Below the pieces are notes generated by a model. It ran no database searches and had not been told where the DNA came from. It saw only the letters and a list, made by a program, of their open reading frames with translations. A program made the position numbers and the translations under genes. DNA of 64,000 nt from Acidobacteriota bacterium. Its GTDB lineage: Bacteria; Acidobacteriota; UBA6911; RPQK01; JAJDTT01. Positions 57,081-64,000 of the stretch are shown piece by piece (within the stretch, counting starts at the first letter, position 1; each line of letters opens with the position of its first letter). The stretch is taken from assembly GCA_965217775.1 (NCBI GenBank), contig CBDCJH010000002.1, positions 5,568,001-5,632,000 on the forward strand, read 5' to 3'.

Positions 57081-59396
57081 TTGTCCTCTGTCAGACGTCG
57101 ACTCGCAGTCCTGATCCTCCTGCCGGTGATCGGCACTGGGATCTTGAACGGGAATGACAAGGGTGTTCGCCTTCCCCACCTGGAAGCCATGCGTCCCATT
57201 GGGGGGCAGGCTGGCGCCCAGGTCGAGGTCGTACTTCTGGGAGACATGCTCTCCAACGCCGAATCGGTCGAGTTCGATTGCGAAGATCTCGACTTCACCT
57301 TGACCAAGGCGACGGCGGAACGAATCGAGGGAACGATCCGGATCTCGAAGCATGCCCCCCTGGGACAGCACATCTTGAGGGCCAAGACCAAGGACGGCTA
57401 CACCACCGCCCTCTGGTTCACGGTGGGGCAATTCGAACCGGTTCCCGAACAGGAGCCCAACGAGACCCTCGCCGGCGCTCAAGCCATCTCTCCACCCTGT
57501 GAGATCTACGGGACCATGGAGAAGAAAGAGCGCGATTTCTATGCTCTCAAGGCGAAGAAGGGGGACCGTTGGATCTTCGAAGTTCGGAGCATCCAGTTCG
57601 GATCCATGTTCGAAAGCTATCTCAATCTGCGAGACGAAACCGGGAGAGAACTGGTCTTCAACGACGATCGCGCCGATTTCGACGTGAACTCGCTGATCGA
57701 TCACACGTTCGAGAAAGACGGCACCCATTTCATCGAGGTCGATTCTTTCCGGGGCGTTCGGGGGTGGGGTTTCACCAAGAACAACGGATACGTTCTGCGT
57801 GTCTCCCGGGTCCCCCTGATCGACCACGTCTCGCCTCTGGGAGGCCGCGCGGGCAGCCGGGTCACCGTCCGGTTTTCGGGTCGGGGCTTGCAGCAGGTGG
57901 AACAGGTCTACCTGTCACCCACGCGCCGGGGGGAGCATGTCACCCTGACGATTCCTTGGACCATGGACGTCCGATTCGCCGACGATTATTCCACCGCGTC
58001 GGCCATCCCCAGGGTGGAGGGGAACATTCTGCGTCGAGCATCTGAGGCTATGGAAGTCGAGTTCGACCTGCCGGAGGAACCACTGGGCATCTGGTCGCTC
58101 TTTGTGAAGGACACGAATGGGATCGCGGATCCCAAGTATTTCGAGGTCACACAGTCAGAGGAGATCGCGGAAACCGAATCCAATGACCGGCGCGACGAAC
58201 CGCAGGAATTGCCTTTTTCGGTCGGCAAGAACTTGGTGGTCAACGGCAGGCTTGAGCGGCGAGAGGTTACGGAGCTGAGTCAGGACAAGGATTTCTATGC
58301 CCTCGACGCCAAGCAGGGCGTGTCGCTACGGATTCACACCAACGCCTACCAGCTCCTGTCGCCCAGTATCGACACCGTCGTCAGCCTGTTCGATACGGAC
58401 GGAAAACTGTTGGCGGAGAGTGACGATCTGACGCACGGTCGTGGGTTCTACACGGGAAGTGTCGACAGCAACCTGTATTACATCCCCGAACGGGATCAAA
58501 AGCTCGTCATCTCCGTATCGGACCGGGTCGGCCGAGGCGGTCCCGGGTATGACTACCGTCTCCATGTCAAGTCGGAGGAGCCGGGGTTTCTCCTCATCGT
58601 CTCCCCGCAGTTCGGACTACAATCGATCTCCCTGTCCAACTTCACCGTGGAGCAGGGGGGAGAGAGCAACATGGTGGTGGGCATGATCCGGATGCCCCCC
58701 AAGATTCATTCCGACGATCCAGTTCCCGCCGCCCTGGCCCCGCCTCCCGGGGCCGTTATGGAAGGGGAGGTTCGGGTCTGGGTCGAGGGGCTTCCGCCGG
58801 GGGTGACCGCCGAGGAGCATCGGTTTCGCGCCGATGAGATCGTCGAGCCGGGCGGGGATGGAGCCACCTTCATGGTGCCGGAACGGCTGCTCACGATTCG
58901 CGCCGGTGACGCGGTGCCGCCTGGAACTTACCCCTTTCGTGTTTTGGGCGAAGTCGTTGGAAATGAAGGGGTCACCGCAGTCGGCAGAGCCATGGACTCC
59001 ATGGGCGGCATCACCGAGCTGTACAATTTTCCGGGCCGGCCCGTCGCCGAAACGGCTCTCACCGTCATCGAGCCGGGTGCGGTGACCGTTGAACTGGATG
59101 CGAAAGAGGACAAAGTCGTGGTGATGCAGGGGGAGACCTCCCTGGTCGGGATCAAGAACCGGCTACCCGTCGGGGCGGGCGATAAACCGAGCGTCTGGCT
59201 GACGAACGCCCCTGAAGGTGTTTCGGCGCATCTGGATTCGGACCCGGAGGGGAACCTGCTCGTGGGCTTCCGGGCGGCGGAGGAGACGGGGATCGAGTCC
59301 ACCGAGAATGTCTACGTTGAGTTCGACGTCGGCAGGCGAGTCGTCTCGAGCCACCGCTTTACCGTCCAGGTCGTTGCGAGGGAGCATATGCCGTGA
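57081..59396 (+). CDS. PPC (pre-peptidase C-terminal) domain protein of a DUF1501 operon
   Basis: PIGGQAGAQVEV, EQEPNETL, ETESND, DKDFY motifs; start uncertain (TTG 57081 with AGGGAG RBS). Confidence 0.75.
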   Translation: MSSVRRRLAVLILLPVIGTGILNGNDKGVRLPHLEAMRPIGGQAGAQVEVVLLGDMLSNAESVEFDCEDLDFTLTKATAERIEGTIRISKHAPLGQHILRAKTKDGYTTALWFTVGQFEPVPEQEPNETLAGAQAISPPCEIYGTMEKKERDFYALKAKKGDRWIFEVRSIQFGSMFESYLNLRDETGRELVFNDDRADFDVNSLIDHTFEKDGTHFIEVDSFRGVRGWGFTKNNGYVLRVSRVPLIDHVSPLGGRAGSRVTVRFSGRGLQQVEQVYLSPTRRGEHVTLTIPWTMDVRFADDYSTASAIPRVEGNILRRASEAMEVEFDLPEEPLGIWSLFVKDTNGIADPKYFEVTQSEEIAETESNDRRDEPQELPFSVGKNLVVNGRLERREVTELSQDKDFYALDAKQGVSLRIHTNAYQLLSPSIDTVVSLFDTDGKLLAESDDLTHGRGFYTGSVDSNLYYIPERDQKLVISVSDRVGRGGPGYDYRLHVKSEEPGFLLIVSPQFGLQSISLSNFTVEQGGESNMVVGMIRMPPKIHSDDPVPAALAPPPGAVMEGEVRVWVEGLPPGVTAEEHRFRADEIVEPGGDGATFMVPERLLTIRAGDAVPPGTYPFRVLGEVVGNEGVTAVGRAMDSMGGITELYNFPGRPVAETALTVIEPGAVTVELDAKEDKVVVMQGETSLVGIKNRLPVGAGDKPSVWLTNAPEGVSAHLDSDPEGNLLVGFRAAEETGIESTENVYVEFDVGRRVVSSHRFTVQVVAREHMP

Positions 59397-62038
59397 CCCT
59401 CAAACTCCGAACCGCCAAGCTGACAGCCGTCTCCGGATCCGGCCCGAGACCCAGGCACACACGGGGGATCCTGAGGATCGCAGCAACGGCCATGGCCGTT
59501 TTCTGCCTGATCGGTTTTCCGGGTCGCACGGTGGCCTTGCCGGGGGCTGCGTCAGAGAATCGGGGAGAAACGGCGAAGCCGGATACGGCAACAACGGACG
59601 CCCCTCAAGCCGCCGAGTCGGCCACGAGCGTACTGACCGACCCGACAGCCGGTCTGAAGCGAATCGTCCTGGAACCGGCGGAACTCGTTCTGGCCCATCC
59701 CGGCGCGACCCAGCGATTGGTGGTCACGGGTTACTACGCCGACGGGACTTCCCACGACGTGAGCCTCTTCTGCCGCTATGTCTCATCCTCTCCTCAAGTC
59801 GTCTCGGTCAGTTCCGATGGCGTCGTCCGGGCTCTGACGCCGGGACGCGCCGAAGTCGAAGCCTGGCTGGGGAAGGCTCGCTCCGGCCTCCAGGCACGCG
59901 TCTCCGATCAGGCCACCGAGGTGAGCATCAACTTCAGTCAGGACCTGCTGTCCATCTTTACTCAAAGGTCCTGCAACACTCCCACCTGCCACGGCGCAAT
60001 CACCGGGCAGGCCGGCTTCAAGCTCTCGCTGTTCGGTTACGATCCCCAAGCCGATTACGGGATGATCGTCGAAGCGGACGACGGCCGCCGGGTCGATCTG
60101 GAACACCCGGAAAAGAGCCTGCTTCTGATGAAGCCGACATTCAGCGTGCCCCACGGTGGTGGCAAACGGCTGACCCTGGACTCGGCCGAATATGGCACGA
60201 TCGCCACTTGGCTGAAGCAGGGAGGCCGTTACAACTCGGACGGACCTCGGGTGACCGACATCGCCATCTATCCCCGGGAGCGGATCCTGCTCGGTTTGGG
60301 GACCACCCAGCGCTGGGTGGTATTGGGGCGCCTGTCCGACGGGACCACGCGGGACATGACCGGGGAAGTCAAGTATCAGGTGGGAGACGACAACGTCGTC
60401 CAGGTGACTCCGGAGGGGGAGTCGAAGGCGGTCGGGCGCGGCCAGACTCACGTGATGGTCCGGGCTATGGGCCGGGTCGCGGTGGCCAGGGTTGGCGTTT
60501 TGGATGAGCCCCCAATGGCGGACTATCCTCCCCTGCCGGCTCACAACTTCGTCGACGAGGCCATGATTCGGCAGTGGAAAGAGCTGAATCTGGTCCCGTC
60601 GGAGATCAGCAGCGACGAGGAGTTCCTGAGGCGGGTCTATCTGGATGTGATCGGGTTGCTGCCGACAGTGGAAGAGAGTGAGCGCTTCCTGGCGGACCCC
60701 CGAGCCGACAAGAGGGCGGCCCTGATCGACGAACTGTTGGAGCGGGACGAGTACGCCATCTACTGGACGACCAAGCTCGGAGACAGTTTCCGCGTCCACC
60801 AGACAAACATTCCCAGTCGTGCGCAGGGATTATTCAAGAGATTCATCCGGACCTTTCTCAGGGAAGACCGCCCCTACGATGAGTTCGTTCAGGAGATACT
60901 GACCAGCACCGGAGACCAGACCAGGAATCCTGCAGCCATGTTCTGGTCCCCCATGTCCAACACCGTTCTGGACATCACCAATGTCAATCAGGTGACGACC
61001 ACGGTCAGCCGCCTCTTCCTGGGTATCCGGATGGAGTGCGTGGAATGCCACAATCATCCCCTGGAGAATCTGACCCAGGACAACTTCTTCGACTTGAGTG
61101 CGTTTTTCGGACAGTTGCGTCAGAAACGGGGATACGAGACCTACCGCCGAGTCTGGTGGCTGGACCCGAAGTCCCATTTTGTGCACCCGCGGACCAAAAA
61201 GCCGGTGCAGCCCAGAATCCCCTTCGACCCGGATTTTCCGGTGAGGACCAACGGGGACCACCGCAAGGACTTGGCGGCGTGGATCACCTCACCCGAGAAT
61301 CCCTTTTTCGCCCGGTCCATCGTCAACCGCATCTGGAGGGAGTATTTCAACCTGGGAATCGTGGAGCCCTACGACGATTTCCGAACCACCAACCCTCCCT
61401 CCAACGAGGCCCTGCTGGACGGATTGGCCCGGCATCTGATCGACAACGGATTTCGTCTGAAGCCGGTGCACCGGGCGATCCTCAACTCCATGACCTACCA
61501 GCGGACGTCCTCGCCCAATCCCCTGAACAAGCTGGATGCCCCTCACTTGTTCACCCGTTACAACATTCGGATTCTTCCCGCCGAGGCCATGCTCGATGCC
61601 TTGTCGCAAGTCGCCGGAGTCGAACACTCCTTCCAAGTCAGTCCCAAGGGAACCCGGGCCCAGGAGGTCATCTACTCCGACTACGCGGGTTATTTCCTGA
61701 GTATTTTCGGTTACCCGGAACGCTTGAGCTTGGAGGAGCGGCCCAAGGAACCCACGCTGAGCCAGGCCCTCCACATGAGATTCGGCGACACGGTCATGGA
61801 CAAGGTCCAATCGGATCAGAATGTGGTGGCCAAGTTGCTCGAGTCCGGCAAGTCCGATCGCGAGATCTACGATCATGTCTTCATGAGCGCCTACAGCCGC
61901 AGGACGACGGATCGCGAGTGGGACCTCGCCTCCAACTACCTCGCCAGCATGGATTCGCAGGGCGTGGAACGGAAGCAGATTCTTGATGACCTGCTTTGGA
62001 CCGTGATAAACTCCCAAGAATTCCTAGTCAATCATTAG
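59393..62038 (+). CDS. DUF1549/DUF1553 protein with Ig-like domains
   Basis: CNTPTCHG, DEEFLRRVYLDVIGLLP, LGIRMECVECHNHP, NPFFARSIVNRIW, NSQEFLVNH. Confidence 0.92.
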   Translation: MTLKLRTAKLTAVSGSGPRPRHTRGILRIAATAMAVFCLIGFPGRTVALPGAASENRGETAKPDTATTDAPQAAESATSVLTDPTAGLKRIVLEPAELVLAHPGATQRLVVTGYYADGTSHDVSLFCRYVSSSPQVVSVSSDGVVRALTPGRAEVEAWLGKARSGLQARVSDQATEVSINFSQDLLSIFTQRSCNTPTCHGAITGQAGFKLSLFGYDPQADYGMIVEADDGRRVDLEHPEKSLLLMKPTFSVPHGGGKRLTLDSAEYGTIATWLKQGGRYNSDGPRVTDIAIYPRERILLGLGTTQRWVVLGRLSDGTTRDMTGEVKYQVGDDNVVQVTPEGESKAVGRGQTHVMVRAMGRVAVARVGVLDEPPMADYPPLPAHNFVDEAMIRQWKELNLVPSEISSDEEFLRRVYLDVIGLLPTVEESERFLADPRADKRAALIDELLERDEYAIYWTTKLGDSFRVHQTNIPSRAQGLFKRFIRTFLREDRPYDEFVQEILTSTGDQTRNPAAMFWSPMSNTVLDITNVNQVTTTVSRLFLGIRMECVECHNHPLENLTQDNFFDLSAFFGQLRQKRGYETYRRVWWLDPKSHFVHPRTKKPVQPRIPFDPDFPVRTNGDHRKDLAAWITSPENPFFARSIVNRIWREYFNLGIVEPYDDFRTTNPPSNEALLDGLARHLIDNGFRLKPVHRAILNSMTYQRTSSPNPLNKLDAPHLFTRYNIRILPAEAMLDALSQVAGVEHSFQVSPKGTRAQEVIYSDYAGYFLSIFGYPERLSLEERPKEPTLSQALHMRFGDTVMDKVQSDQNVVAKLLESGKSDREIYDHVFMSAYSRRTTDREWDLASNYLASMDSQGVERKQILDDLLWTVINSQEFLVNH

Positions 62039-62052
62039 GGATACAGTACGCC

Positions 62053-63342
62053 ATGAGAATCTATCCTGCAGAGTTGTCCTGCAGTCCGTCCCGAAGGGAC
62101 TTCATCCGCATCGGCATGGTGGGTCTGGGAGGCTTGAGTCTCACCAGCTTGTTGCGGCAGCAGAGTGCATTGGGATCGAAGAAGAGAGATCTCAACTGCA
62201 TCGTGCTGTTCCAGGCGGGCGGTAACAGTCAGGTCGACACCTGGGATCCCAAGCCGGACGCCGAGGCGGAGATTCGAGGCTATTTCAAGGCGATTCCGAC
62301 CGTGATCCCGGGGATCCATTTCTCCGAGTTGTTGCCCGAGTCGGCGAAGCGGCTCGACAAGTACGCGGTGATCCGGTCCATGTACTCGGACGATGCGGTC
62401 CACGAGAGCGCCCAGCAATACGTGATCAGCGGCACCAAGCGTAGAAATGACCTGGTTCATCCCGCTCTGGGTTCGGTCCTGGCTCATGAGTGGGGCTCCT
62501 CGGCAGGCCTTCCACCCTATGTCGCCATTCCCAAGAACAGCCGTTCCGGTGGAGCCGGTTTTCTGGGTTCGGTCTATGATCCCTTCCAATCCGGAGATCC
62601 CAACCAGAAGAACTACTCGGTCAAAGACCTGACTCTGCCGCTGGGAATGAAACTGGATCAGGCCCGGGCCCGATCGGAGCTGCTGAACGCTTTGGACAAC
62701 CGTTTCCGCAAGGTGGAGAGCTCCGGTCTGCTGGATCGGATGGATCAGTTCTCCCAGAAAGCCCACGACCTGGTGAGTTCGCCCGCCGCCAAGAAGGCCT
62801 TCAACATCTCCGAGGAGAGCGAAAAACTGAGGGACGCATACGGGCACACCACGGTGGGACAGGGATCCCTGCTGGCGCGCCGGCTGATCGAATCCGGCGT
62901 TCGTGTGGCGACGGTCTTCCACGGCGGCTACGACACGCACTTCGACAACAAACCCGGGATGGAGAAGGTCAACATTCCGTTCGACCAGGCCTTCGGCGCG
63001 CTCTTGGACGATCTTGAGAATCGCGGCCTTTTGGAAACGACGCTGGTCCTGGTCCTCTCGGAGTTCGGACGGACGCCGCGCATCAACAACCAGGCAGGAC
63101 GGGATCATTGGCCACGATCGTTTTCCGTGGCTCTGGCTGGAGCCGGAATCAGCGGAGGAGTGGTCTTGGGCAGCACCACACCGACCGGTTCCGATCCCCA
63201 CGACCGGCCGGTGTCGGTGGAAGATCTGATGGTTACGGTCTACCGTATCCTGGGAATCGACCCGGAAGGGGAGTTCCATGCCGGCGGGCGCCCCGTCAAG
63301 ATCGCCACCAACGGCAAGTTCGTCCACGAGTTGTTCTCGTAA
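62053..63342 (+). CDS. DUF1501 domain protein (Tat leader)
   Basis: SRRDFI, GGNSQVDTWDPKP, LLARRLIESGVR, SEFGRTPRIN..GRDHWP. Confidence 0.93.
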   Translation: MRIYPAELSCSPSRRDFIRIGMVGLGGLSLTSLLRQQSALGSKKRDLNCIVLFQAGGNSQVDTWDPKPDAEAEIRGYFKAIPTVIPGIHFSELLPESAKRLDKYAVIRSMYSDDAVHESAQQYVISGTKRRNDLVHPALGSVLAHEWGSSAGLPPYVAIPKNSRSGGAGFLGSVYDPFQSGDPNQKNYSVKDLTLPLGMKLDQARARSELLNALDNRFRKVESSGLLDRMDQFSQKAHDLVSSPAAKKAFNISEESEKLRDAYGHTTVGQGSLLARRLIESGVRVATVFHGGYDTHFDNKPGMEKVNIPFDQAFGALLDDLENRGLLETTLVLVLSEFGRTPRINNQAGRDHWPRSFSVALAGAGISGGVVLGSTTPTGSDPHDRPVSVEDLMVTVYRILGIDPEGEFHAGGRPVKIATNGKFVHELFS

Positions 63343-63345
63343 ACA

Positions 63346-63370
63346 GGAGCGGCGGCTTTCTTGCCGCCGA
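63346..63370 (+). repeat. REP GGAGCGGCGGCTTTCTTGCCGCCGA
   Basis: Identical to 54473..54497; 3 nt after a stop codon. Confidence 0.85.
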
Positions 63371-63489
63371 TCTTACGACCGGGCATCAGGCAAAAGACGA
63401 CTGGCAGGTCGTCCCTCCAGATCACCCCTTCGATACGCTGGGCACGAGCCACGCCGCCACCCAGATGCGGCGGAAGCGTCAAAATTGCC

Positions 63490-64000
<511 letters not shown>

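Overview
GC-rich bacterial window. The gene content (four CRTAC1/ASPIC-UnbV proteins, an Oar-like TonB-dependent receptor, a GWxTD protein, TPR proteins, a PPC-DUF1549/1553-DUF1501 operon) suggests Acidobacteriota, possibly host-associated; this is inference. It contains envelope/glycan-use genes (two sialidase-like genes, TBDR, GH-like proteins, MFS transporter, oxidoreductases), an ECF sigma operon, two HTH-ImmA/PIN modules, a DinJ/YafQ-type TA pair, and a decayed DUF499/DUF1156/SNF2 restriction-like island carrying an intact AAA-ATPase/DUF4276 pair. The best candidate for a new system: ORFs 41099..43069 and 43091..45181 are in the same frame, separated only by TGA (43067-69), and the TGA is followed after exactly 11 nt by a SECIS-like hairpin. 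This suggests one ~1360-aa selenoprotein (FG-GAP propeller-Sec-ASPIC/UnbV-WCPPC redoxin-TPR). Also notable: a duplicated ECF promoter plus gene start placed in front of a DUF4097 gene, GGGGACAGTCAC repeats bracketing two TA-like cassettes, REP doublets, a MITE and an SH3-HNH fusion. No rRNA, tRNA or CRISPR array was seen. Family names come from motif recognition by eye, not from database searches.
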